The notes under the pieces were generated by a model that saw only the letters and a list, made by a program, of their open reading frames with translations, ran no database searches and was not told where the DNA came from. 64,000 bases of DNA, from positions 14,198,001 to 14,262,000 of the forward strand of contig JBHGNT010000005.1 of the NCBI GenBank assembly GCA_043228905.1. Reading direction: 5' to 3'. This document shows positions 49,901-61,125 of this stretch, in pieces. Within the stretch, counting starts at the first letter, position 1. Each line of letters starts with the position of its first letter. The position numbers and the translations under genes are program-made. The DNA comes from Azolla caroliniana. Its lineage: Eukaryota > Plantae > Polypodiophyta.

Positions 49901-50823
49901 GCTAAGACTCCCTCATCACTACATAAGGATGGGGAGCACAATGTAATGGGGGGGGGGGGGTGGAATATTTGGAAATTGGATATATTTCCTAAAACACCAA
50001 TTAATATAATATATTCGTGGGATTCACGAATTTGTGATCAAAATTGTCTCTTGCTATCTAAATATTGATTAAATACACTAAACTCATGGGATTCACGAGA
50101 TTCATAACTTACCTATCTTTCTACCTATTGATTGCTAGCCTTATCTCATATTCTTCTTTCTCCTAGTCCAAAACCCCAGTGGTTCCCACCCGACTCATGC
50201 AACGATCCGACGCTGAAAGGCACGACAACGACCAGACGGAGAAACGGCTTGTAAAAATATATTAATAATAATAATAAACATATATATACATATGTATATT
50301 CAAAAGGAGTGCAAGTGAAGACTTGATCCTTGCACCTCCACGTTGAGAGTCTATAAACTTACCAATAGGCTATGTCATTTCTTTAGTTTTGCATGTAAAT
50401 TCTCATATTAGAGCTCTATTGAGTGAGATGTGATACATGAGCGCCAAATGGCAAACATGCATCACATGCATTCCATGCATTGTATGCATGTCTTGTACCC
50501 TCACATGCATCATATGCATGTGAGCATCTATAAAAGGATGGATGAAAAAGATCAAAAGAGGGGTTTTTATGTATGATTCAAGAATTTAAGAAGAAGAAAA
50601 ATTTGTTCTCCAATTGATGATATATCTTGTCTCTCAAATCTAAAGTTAAAAGTTAGATCTTATCTCTCTCACTCTCTATCTTTCTCTAGCCATCTCAATC
50701 TCTCTCCCTCAAACTATCTTAAATCCTTTCTCGCTAAAGCTAGTGTGTGCTTCGAGTCCTTCTGGTCCAGAACCCCAGCGGTTCCGCCTCACGATCTACA
50801 CATAGTGACAGATCTTCACGACA
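43946..50823 (+). mobile_element. 3' half of a Trp-lineage Gypsy element (RNase H, IN, PPT, interrupted 3' LTR)
   Basis: ORFs 43900-44628 (VDTSPTGIGW), 44767-45162 (HHCC) and 45172-45948 (DDE core). PPT GGTGGGGGTGGA, then LTR TGTCGTGAAG at 46021 ending CTTCACGACA at 50823. Confidence 0.88.
46466..50227 (+). mobile_element. Non-autonomous gag-only LTR element (TR-GAG-like)
   Basis: LTRs 46466-47345 and 49494-50227. Trp PBS TGGTGAACCCGA at 47350. Decayed gag homologous to 38486-39070. Acidic low-complexity region. PPT GGAGGGGGCGAG. No pol motifs seen. Confidence 0.88.
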
Positions 50824-51157
50824 ACGCAATGTCGTCACCAGTTTCGACGATTCCCGGTTGTTCCGGTTTCTCCATGTTGAGAATCAAACTCAACTTCTCG
50901 TGAATGGGAACACACTCTAGGATACTCAAGTGTGTGAACACCCCACCTTCTTGTATAGTAACTAGTGTGTCATAGAAGTTAATGTCCTATGACACATATT
51001 CTTTAAGTAGTTAAGACACGACCTCTTCCCAAGAGGCGGTACTAGTGAGAAAACTTAGGGAGAAGGTGACTATATAAGCACCTTCTCCCTCTCTTTGTCA
51101 AGTGTTGGTTATTCTTGCTTTCTTTGTAATACAGTTTTCTGATTTTTTGTAATCGTC

Positions 51158-51206
<49 letters not shown>

Positions 51207-52034
51207 GTTCTTCTGTTGCACAGAATCCATCTGATTCTTTACATGGTATCAGAGCGCGTGGTAGCTTGATCAAAGCCCATCACCTTTGTGTGTGTTGTGC
51301 CTAGTCCCGCATTCAAAAAGAACCGACTGATCACTGCAACATCAATCTGCCCAATTCGTTCAAATGGGAAGTGCTCTTTCCACCGAGAAGCTCGATGGAA
51401 ACAACTTTGCATCTTGGGAGTACAAGATGCACCAATACCTTGTCGGCCAAGGTTATTGGAGCTATGTCAAGGGAGCAAAGGATAATCAACCCAACCCAAC
51501 ACATGCCGACTACCCAGCTTGGGAGCAAGCGGCGAGTCGTGTGTTGTACTACCTTGCATCATGCATCCATGATCACATGCCCGGCTACATCTGAGAGGCC
51601 AAAACGCCGCAGGAGGCGTGGGGGAACCTCAAGAAGATTTCCGCGGCCAACACAACCACAAGAAAGCTTCAACTCTGTCAAGAGTTGAACGACATACAAC
51701 AAAGGGACATGTCAATCTGCAGCTACACCTTGAAGATCAAGGAGTTATGTGACGCCCTCATGTCAATCAATGTCAGCATTGATGATGATGAAATGGTGCT
51801 GATTTGCCTCAGAGGCTTAGCACCTCGGTTCGGGGCCATCCGGTCGGTTGTCCTTACGAGGGAGAATCTTCCCAAAGGAGAGGAACACAAGAAAAGGGAT
51901 CTTGGATATAATACATTCAGATGTATGGGGACCAACCCAGACAGCAACATTCGGTGGTTGCCGGTACTACGTAACGTTCATCGACGGCTTCTCCAGACAT
52001 ACCTGGATCTACCCCATGTAGCAAAAGAGCGAAG

Positions 52035-52998
52035 TGACGGGAACTCAAGGCTCCTTATACACAACGCTCAGCCACAACCGAGCTTAGAATCATACACAGA
52101 AAACGGGAAATAAAGAACGACACGAAGAAGAGAAGAGTACACAGGATATTTACGTGGAAAACCCCAACCTAGGGAAAAAACCACGGCAGCCCACAGGCTG
52201 CGAACTATCACTATGTTAGAATGTACAACAGTGAGTTCACGGAGGCAACGACCTCGTGCTCACGATCTTCGCCACAGGCGGCGGTTACAACAGAGGGACC
52301 GACCTCTTTCTCTCTCTCTCTGTGTGTACACAGTTACGCGCTCTCTCTCTCCTTGCACCAACAAGAAATGACAACGACAGTTACTAAAAGTTTGCCCTAA
52401 GTCATATTTATACTAATATGACTTTTCGGCTATTTACAAATATAGCCTTGATGGACTCTCAGAAACATATTTACGAATATGTCTCTTCATCCGGTGAGCA
52501 TTCCTCACCGGGTCTGCACCATCCGGCTCTCCGTACCCGGGTACTCCTCATCTGGTTCTCACCGGGTCTGCACCATCCGGCTCTCCGTAGCCGGGTACTC
52601 CTCATCCGGTTCTCACCGGGTCTGCACCATCCGGCTCTCCGTAGCCGGGTACTCCTCATCCGGTTCTCACCGGGTCTGCACCATCCGGCTCTCCGTAGCC
52701 GAGTACTCCTCATCCGGTTCTCACCGGGTCTGCACCATCCGGCTCTCCGTAGCCGGGTACTCCTCATTTGGTTCTCACCGGGTCTGGCTCTTCGTAGTCG
52801 GGTACTCCTCATCCGGTTATCACCGGGTCTGCACCATCCGGCTCTCCGTAGTCGGGTACTCCTCATCCGGTTATCATCGGGTCTGCACCATCCGGCTCTC
52901 CGAAGCCGGGTACTCCTCATCCGGTTTCGGCCTCGGCCGAGTTTGTTCATCAGCACTGTTCTTCTCCCTTCCCATCCGGAGGGACCTGTCTCCCAACA
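52035..52998 (-). mobile_element. Copia solo LTR (related to 24828-25373) with an expanded tandem array
   Basis: TG...CA; perfect TSD CGAAG. Shares CCACAACCGAG, TTTACGTGGAAAACCC and GCCCTAAGTCATATTTATACT with 24828-25373. Confidence 0.92.
52504..52926. repeat. 54-bp CCGG-rich tandem repeat, 8 units (one with a 12-bp deletion)
   Basis: Unit CTCACCGGGTCTGCACCATCCGGCTCTCCGTAGCCGGGTACTCCTCATCCGGTT. Confidence 0.95.
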
Positions 52999-55027
52999 CG
53001 AAGCGGAGTGTTCCGACACTTCCAAAGGTTCAAAAACGAAATCGAAAAGGCAACCGGTCGGCATGTGGGATGCCTTCGATCGGACGGCAGCAAGGAGTAC
53101 TTCTCTAACGCCTTTACAACAAACCTTCGACAAGAAGGAATTCGGTGGGAGTTTACCTGCCGACACACACCTCACTAGAACGGAGTAGTCGAATGCAAGA
53201 ATCGGCACATACTCGATGTGGCAAGGGCAATGATTAGCGAGAAACATCTGCCAAAGTCATATGGGGCTGAACCGATGAATATAGACGTTTATCTTATGAA
53301 TCGTTGCACAACATCAAGAGTGCACGAAGTTACCCCTTGCGAAAAGTTCTATGGGAAGAAACCGGATCTATCTCATGTCAGAATATTCAGTTCAATTGCA
53401 TATGTACATATTCCCGACGACCTGCGGCAAAAGCTCAATCTCAAGTCCGAGAAATGTATATCCATAGGGTACTCACTCAAGCAAAAAGGGTATAAGTGCT
53501 TCAACCCTTCCACCAAAAAGGTACGAGTGCGTAGGGATGTAGTATTCAATGAATCGGCATCCTTGTATACAGTCGAATTAGCCCCATCCAACACAATCGA
53601 AACCGAGTTTGACACATATGCGGAGGAGGAGGATCGACTGAGGTTCACCTCAGAGGAAAGTTCAATCTCAAACAGGTTGAGTGGACCACAAGAGCCACCA
53701 GGCGACCAAAGCACGTCGTAGTCGAGTTCAAAATAGGACAAAGGAAAGGCCAAAATGCCTAAGTACGAAGACTCAATTGGAAATGAATCAACTCACTTAT
53801 CTTATAATGAGTTTGGTAGATTGGATGTGCCCATCATGAGGACACTAGGAGAACCACGTCAATCCACCCGAGAAAAGATCGTAGTCAGTCGATTCGGTTA
53901 TAGCAACTACATGGGATATCATTATGCATCCATGATGAAGGTGTCAACAGTTCGAGAACCAGAAAACTATTCTGAATCCACGAAGGACCCTAGATGGGTC
54001 GAAACGATGAATGAGGAGATGCAAGCACTCTCCAAGAATGAGAGATAAGATCTTGTTCCTCCTTCAAACCACCAAAGGGAAATTGGATGCCGGTGGATTT
54101 TCAAGGTAAAGCACAACACCGACGGCACAGTCCATTGGTACAAAGCCCGGCTTGTGGCAAAGGGCTACACGCAAACGCACGGTGTTGACTACAGTCAACC
54201 CCGTTTTGACTAGCGTTTTGGTTGGAGGCTGTGATGCCGGTAGAATTTCAGATACCCAGTTTGCGGATTCAGGTACAGGACCAATTATCGGAAGCCAAGT
54301 CGGAGGAGGTATGGCTCCACCAACTACTCGAACTCGGGGAAAAACGCATACACATCATGGCTGTGTTCGAGCAGGAACAACAACGGCGTAAAGCGTTTGT
54401 GGATCGACATCGGAACGCAAGGGAAAAGGATTTCGCCGTCAGTTGAGCGGTGCTGGTTTTCCAAACCCACATGGGCCATATGCCAAGGAAGTTACGATTC
54501 CGCTGGACAGACCCATACTGGATAATTGGAGCGGAACAAGGCACGTTCCAACTAGGTATGCTGGCCGGGGAAGTAGTACGGCAAAAGGTGAATGGGTTTT
54601 GCCTTAAACCTTACTTGGGCCCTACACCACCTAACCCATTCACCGCCGGACAAGACAAAGCCGGAGAACCCGCGGCGTAAGTGAACGGCCCCACTTGTAT
54701 CATAATGTAAAAATAGGTTGTATGTAACCGTTACGAAAAAGAAAAAAAAGAAAAAAGAAAAGAAAGAGAAGATAGCGACACTATTAAAAGGACTAAATGC
54801 ATGCACAGACTCCTAGATCAAGAACACGCGGCACCACGATGGCTCACCGCCCAATGAACCCTAAGCCACAAAAAGAAGGAAATAGAAGATCATCTACACA
54901 AAACAGAAACCCACCTTCTAACTATCAGCGCTCCCATCGCTCCTCCCCCTCACCCTCTCCTCCATCATATCATAGAGCTCCAGCCCACCGCAACCACCAA
55001 TCTCCTCCCCACGAACCTACTCTGGCG

Positions 55028-57763
55028 ATGCCAATCTTCATCTCTACTGCCTTACGTTGATGGCTCGTGGAGAAACACCTAGATGGGTACATTTGGGTCG
55101 CAGAGGCACCTCCACACCCGGATGCCATGGGCATCGCCAGAAAGCTTAACATCGACACGGTCACCAACTCTTCCATCCGGAAAAAGTTGGACATGTCATC
55201 ACTAGGTGAAAGGCATTTCGAAATCCCTCCTGCAGAGGCATTGCAGAGATATTTCAGGCCATATTCCTCCTCCGCCAAGGCCTATAGAACGAAGCAGATC
55301 CCGGATCCCTTCTTCCGTGAAGTCGCCAAGTTCCTATTAGAGGTCGGTTGCGTACACGTCAACGCATATGGGATGCCCAAGCAGAAGGCGGGTATCATTA
55401 TTGATACCTTTGAAGGGCGTGCGGTCGATTGGGGGGTCATCACAGGGCCGGCGTTAAGGGAAGGCCCGCATGCATATCAGGCAGGCAAGAAGCTCAGGCC
55501 GATCATACAACAGTACCTTACGGTGCTATTCCCAGCCCGAGGCTTGCCGGCACCGCAACCCAGCCGACCCATGCCTCCGCCCCGATCCGTGAAGCGCAGG
55601 TTAGCGGAGTTAGCTACCCCAGAGTGGGAAGAAGAAGCCCAACCCGCCCAACCAGACACACAGACAACGCAGGAGGAACAGCCGGCACGCTCTGCGGAAG
55701 CAGCCCCAGAGCCAGACGCCGAAACACGGGAGGATAGCCCCAGACCGAAACAGCGGAGATTGGACAAGAAAGATGGGCAAGGATTGGTCAAACACGTCCC
55801 CACGACGGCAGAGACAACGACCGAAGGGGATGGCTCCGCAACTACGGAGCCCAATACCACCTTCGAAATCATCCGGGAGCCACGGCCGATCATTATAACC
55901 CAGTCCCAACGAGGGAAAGTCGTATTGATGGCAGAAAGCGAGGTTTTGCCATATCCAAATATCTTGGACACAGCCCATGAGTTCAGCGCCCTCTTACAGT
56001 TCAGAACCTCTTTTGAGCTCATGGAATTCCTGGAAACACAACAGATGAAGGCCTGACAACGAATGGCCGAGGAACACGCGGAGCGCCAGATGATTGAGCG
56101 CGCCCTAACACAAACGGCGGAGAGCGACAATGAGGACCAGCTAGCCAGGGTCGGCAGACAAAGAAACGTCGGTGTATGCCGAGTGGGGATGGAGCTACAC
56201 CCATTAAACACGGCCCTAGTCGAAGTCCATATGGAACTGGCAAAGGTCAACACGGGTGCCAAGGAGATGGCCATTAAAAAAAAGAATGTCTGGAAGAAGG
56301 TGAAAATGACCCAAGCCGATCTACAAAGAGCCAATGAACGCATCGTGGAGTTGGAATCTAACGTGACTACGGCGCGACAGGCAACTCTGCCACCAAACCA
56401 CACCATCGACGCTTTGAAGGAAGAAATTGAGGCTCAGACCGCCATCGCTTCAAAAGCAAAAAGGGTCGTGCAACTAGCGGAATCAGAAATTGACCGCCTT
56501 CGAGCTGAACTGCGCCAATCCTCAGACGGAGAAAAGGAGATCTGGGCTAATGGCTAGAAGGCAGTAAAAACCCTTGAAGAGAAACTCTCTGCGGAGGTAG
56601 CACAACACATCCGGACAAAAAACGAAAACGCCCAATTATGGGATGAAGCGAACAAATCGGAGGCGGCAATCGCAGGACTCCGGACCTTATTGGAGAAAAA
56701 GAAGGTATGGTTCGACGAGCAACTGCTGGTCAAACAGGAAAGAAGGCATCAGCTCGAAATATGCCTAAACAATGAAATGGGGAAATTAGAAGAACACCAT
56801 GCAAAGGAATCCCAGCTGTGGGGGGGCCTGAAGACCACGTACGAAGAAGCGACAGCGGTTAGGCAGCAGGAAATTGCAAACCTCAAGAAGTTGGTAGAGG
56901 ACACACACAACCGTTGCCAGGCCATCACAAACAACGTGTGTATCCTTCTACAAACAAATCGGGAGAGGTTCACAGCGCAATTGAAAATGGCGCTAGACAA
57001 AGGATGGATGGCGTGGGCAACCCAAGCAGCAGAATTGCACGCGTATCGTGCGGACTGGGAGAACCGGCGAAAAGACGGCCGAGGTTTCTATAAACTAAAT
57101 GAGGAGAGCATTGTGGTTGTACGCGAGGACCTAACGCAAGACTATCGTGCGCTAGCGGACCAACATTCTGAAGAACTCGCGCAGCTCTTAGATGATTTTG
57201 GTGAAAGCCAGGAGGAACTATTTCACCAGATTACACAAGCCGGTAGCACGCGAACAAATGTGGAATCCATCGCGACGCCAATTCCGGGCACGGCCGAAGA
57301 AGAGGAACCTCAGGCTAGATCACCAGAAATTACAACGACGGTGAATAGCGCGGACCGACGAGCGGAGTCCCCCATAGTACTAGACAGCGAAACCACTACC
57401 CAAGAGGAGCCCCATTTGCAGGAGCCCACGCTATCGGCGGACCACACGGAGAATGTTGCGGGCCAGGAAGAATCGCAACCCCACTCCCCGGAGCGTACAA
57501 TGACGGCCGACACCACGGAGGAAGTGACGATTGAGACAAAGCCACGGCCGACCGCAAGCACGATGACGACTGAGCCCAACCCACTAGCTCAAGAAGAGCC
57601 CATCATACCCGGACCACCCACACAGGACAACCGCGACACCAGGAGAAGACATCCCGACCAAACAGGGGAACCACACCATGATGCACCTACGGGCCCTACG
57701 TTGCCTCCGGACGCGTACACCGTAGCAGAGCTAAACATCCAGGCCATTTTGGAAGAAGATTAA
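55028..57763 (+). pseudogene. ~911-aa extra 3' ORF (globular N-terminal domain, disordered linker, long coiled coil, acidic tail) with three in-frame stops
   Basis: The ATG at 55028 and ORFs 55067, 56063 and 56690 are all in one frame, separated only by TGA, TGA and TAG. Homologue at 11287-20283. Confidence 0.85.
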
Positions 57764-57791
57764 CGGGATGGGTCCGACGTGCCAAGGCACT

Positions 57792-57808
57792 GTCCCACAG
57801 GCGTGCCA
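57792..57808 (+). other. tRNA-Arg 3'-end-like sequence (inverted PBS) at the PPT position
   Basis: GTCCCACAGGCGTGCCA + GG + TG of the LTR; reverse complement TGGCACGCCTGTGGGAC. Confidence 0.75.
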
Positions 57809-58600
57809 GGTGTTGTTGGTTGGAATAATAATCGACGGACAACATCGTAGGAATAAGAAATAATATAAGATCATAACGCATGTAACGGTTCACGCAGGAA
57901 GCGTGAACGGCTAAAAAGACCCTGCGTATATAAAGGGCAGAAAACCTCTGATAGAGCGGGGCGTGTATTTTTGGAATGTAAAGAAGCATATCGTAATAGA
58001 ATCCTATCTTCTCTGAAAATCTGTGTATAGCTACGGCTAATCTACTGTGTGTCTAGAATACCTAAGAGTGTAAGAACGTGAGTGTAACCACTGCTAAGGA
58101 GTCGGTTGCAGTCGTCTCCCTTATATGCTGCTAGGTTACGGGGAACATTCCCCTACGTATTACGCATAGACGCCATCATTCGTTGTTTCACAATCACTTA
58201 GAGGTCTAGGTCAAAGGACTAACCGGTAACAACTACGAAGAGACCTTTGCCCTAGTGGCAAAGATGACTACAATTCGAACCGTGATCTCGCTTGCAGCAG
58301 GAAAAGGGTGGCAACTCCACCAAATGGACATAAAGAATGTCTTTCTACAAGGCGAGTTAGACGAAGAGGTGTACATGGTGCAACCACCCGGATTCGTGTC
58401 GACTACACATCTGACTGTTATCTGCCGACTCAAAAAGCTTCTCTATGGCCTGAAGCAGGCACCGAGAGCATGGCATTCGAAGATAAGGAAATATCTTCAT
58501 CAAATCGGCTTCAACATGTCCAAGTCCGACAACTCTCTATTCATCCAGAGCGACTCCAGAGGACAAGTATTTATCATCATTTATGTGGATGCCTTGGTCA

Positions 58601-59596
58601 TAGGAGGAGAGCATTTAACGGATATTGAGCACATCAAGAAAGTCCTCTCCACCCGATTCGAAATGACCGATACGAAGGAGCTCCATTACTTTCTAGGAAT
58701 ACAAGTAGTTCGGACTCCAGACAGCATCATACTTTCTCAAAAGCACTATATCCTCAATCTTCACTCCGCTTGATCGAAATCTAAAGCTAGATGTTGACTC
58801 AAGCACTAGAGAGTGTGAGCCGACGCACTATCGTCAACTAGTTGAAAGCCTCATCTACCTCCGAATTACCTGACCCGACCTAAGTTACCCAGTTGATCTT
58901 CTTAGCTAGTTCATGCAAACTCTGCGAGACATCCATCTCGACTGTGCTAAGCAAGTGCTAAGGTATGTGAGTGGAACCATGGATTTCAGCATCCTTTACA
59001 AATCGGCCACACCGATACGACTCAAGGATATACCGATGCCAACTGGGCCGGCTACAAAGACGACCGACGATTGACATGTAGATTTTTGTTTTCTTTTAGG
59101 AGGAGAGCATTTAACGGATATTGAGCACATCAAGAAAGTCCTCTCCACCCGATTCGAAATGACCGATACGAAGGAGCTCCATTACTTTCTAGGAATACAA
59201 GTAGTTCGGACTCCAGACAGCATCATACTTTCTCAAAAGCACTATATCCTCAATCTTCACTCCGCTCGATCGAAATCTAAAGCTAGATGTTGACTCAAGC
59301 ACTAGAGAGTGTGAGCCGACGCACTATCATCAACTAGTTGAAAGCCTCATCTACCTCCGAATTACCCGACCCGACCTGAGTTACCCAGTCGATCTTCTTA
59401 GCTAGTTCATGCAAACTCCGCGAGACATCCATCTCGACTGTGCTAAGCGAGTGCTAAGGTATGTGAGTGGAACCATGGATTTCAGCATCCTTTACAAATC
59501 GGCCACACCGATACGATTCAAGGATATACCGATGCCAACTAGGCCGGCTACAAAGACGACCGACGATTGACATGTAGATTTTTTTTTTCTTTTAGT
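58601..59596 (+). repeat. ~496-bp tandem duplication within Copia RT/RH
   Basis: AGGAGAGCATTTAACGG at 58605 recurs at 59101; the copies are near-identical. Confidence 0.93.
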
Positions 59597-60479
59597 AGTG
59601 GCGCCATATCATGGAGTAGTAAGAAACAACTGACAGTCACACTATTGAGCATCGAAGCCGAATACAGGGGCGCGGCCACAGCCGCATGCGAAGCCGTTTG
59701 GCTCAAGATAATCTTGAAGGATCTGGGCGTTCCCATCAAGGATCCGATTCTCCTCTACTTCGACAACATGAGCAGTATTCACCTCGCTCGAAACCCAATC
59801 TTCATCCGAGAGCATGTTCTGGCCAGGGACGTTGCTCGATGTGCTCGGACTAAGCACACCGAAGTGCACTATTAATTCATCCGAGAGCATGTTTTGGCCA
59901 GGCATGTCGACCTACAACAAATTAGCACAAACCTGTAGACGGCCGACATCTTCACCAAGGCCTTGGGAGTCGGCAAGTTGTGTTAGTTCACGATCGACCT
60001 GGGTCTTTCGACCATTGACCAACCGAGCTTGACAGAAAGTATGGAGCAGTAGGAAGCTCAAGCCAATCCTAACCAATCATTCGACGATCTGACAACCGGA
60101 AGTTGTGTTTGACGGGGCGTGTTGAGAATCAAACTCAACTTCCCGTGAGCGGGAACACACTCTAGGATACTCAAGTGTGTGAACACCCCACCTCCTTGTA
60201 TAGTAACTAGTGTGTCATAGAAGTTAATGTCCTATGACACATATTCTTTAAGTAGTTAAGACACGACCTCTTCCCAAGAAGTGGTACAAGTGAGAAAACG
60301 TATAGAGAAGGTGACTACATAAGCACCTTCTCCCTCCCTTTGTAAAGTGTTGGTTATTCTGGCTTTCTTTGTAAGACAGTTTTCTGATTTTCTGTAATCG
60401 TGAGCTCTTTCTCTCTCTCTCTCTCTCTCTCTAAACACACACACACACATTTCTTCCGCTGCACAGAATCCATCCGAAA

Positions 60480-61125
60480 CTCCAAGTATGAGAACCACTC
60501 TTCATGGCTCGTCATGTGGTTTGATGCTCCGGAGTGGACATACCACACCTCATTCAATTTTGAGGTGCTCTTCTTCATCAAATTTGCCTCATACTTCATC
60601 ACAAAGGTTGGGCCCTTTCCGGTTTTAGGTCCTTCCAACCCTTCAGCGTAGTGCAATCTTTGTCAATCCCCGTGTTTGGCTCTCCCGCATCCGGATTTGT
60701 CCGAATTAGCCTTCTTTTTCCACCAGTCACTCTCTATGTGGCCCTTTCGGCCATAGTACCAACACTCTGTTTTGGCCTTTGCTTGTCGGTTTCTTGTGCC
60801 GCCTTGACTCCCCTTGCTTGTGGAGGGTCTAGAACTACTGTCGACACCACCTTTGGGCCTTCTTTCCTGCTCTTGTCGGCCGCCACTATTGTGTGCCGAT
60901 CCACCTTGTCCATGGAGCCTATTTACTTCCATGTACAACATCTGGCTGTTAGATTGCGTGCTCCTTGATGTACCCGTGTGGTTTTTTTTTACCAAAAGCA
61001 TTGATTGCAAGTCGAAGAATGACAATGGCTTCTTCTGTGTGCAAATAGTCGTCCGAATCGGCCTATAGCTTTGCACTAGACCACCAAGGCAAATCTGTAC
61101 CATTTCATCTTTGACCACCATCACG
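60480..61125 (-). pseudogene. Copia gag fragment; continues at 50824-50874 across the insertion
   Basis: WYVHSGASNHMTSHEEWFSYLE joins KPEQPGIVETGDD encoded at 50874-50824. Confidence 0.85.

Larger units (their letters stand above)
54193..58231 (+). mobile_element. 5'-truncated non-chromovirus Gypsy element (IN C-terminus, extra ORF, 3' LTR)
   Basis: Splits the Copia RT motif GVDY|EETFA with ACTAC on both sides. Begins in IN (EAVMPVEFQIPSLR). LTR 57811-58231 (TGTT...TAACA, plus-strand TATATAAAGG). Confidence 0.88.
50875..60479 (+). mobile_element. Decayed Copia element with two nested insertions
   Basis: LTRs 50875-51243 and 60120-60479 (last bases lost). TSD CTCCA. PBS TGGTATCAGAGC at 51244. 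gag, IN, RT (58255-58773) and RH remnants. Confidence 0.93.

Noticed and set aside
43941-50828. ACGCA as TSD of a second 5'-truncated element
   Set aside because: The flanks belong to different hosts (Copia LTR on the left, Copia gag on the right), and ACGCA occurs several times near 43916-43957.
52418-53247. Three overlapping 200-260 aa repeat proteins
   Set aside because: Frames are open because the 54-bp GC-rich unit lacks stops in those frames; the repeat lies in a TSD-flanked solo LTR.
55477-56406. 309-aa antisense ORF
   Set aside because: Shadow frame of the extra ORF; no motif and no counterpart seen in the homologous copy.
57792-58231. Separate minus-strand element represented by 5' LTR plus PBS
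   Set aside because: Disfavoured, not excluded: the TATA is on the plus strand, no minus-strand gag follows, and the same junction occurs independently at 20383 after a homologous ORF.
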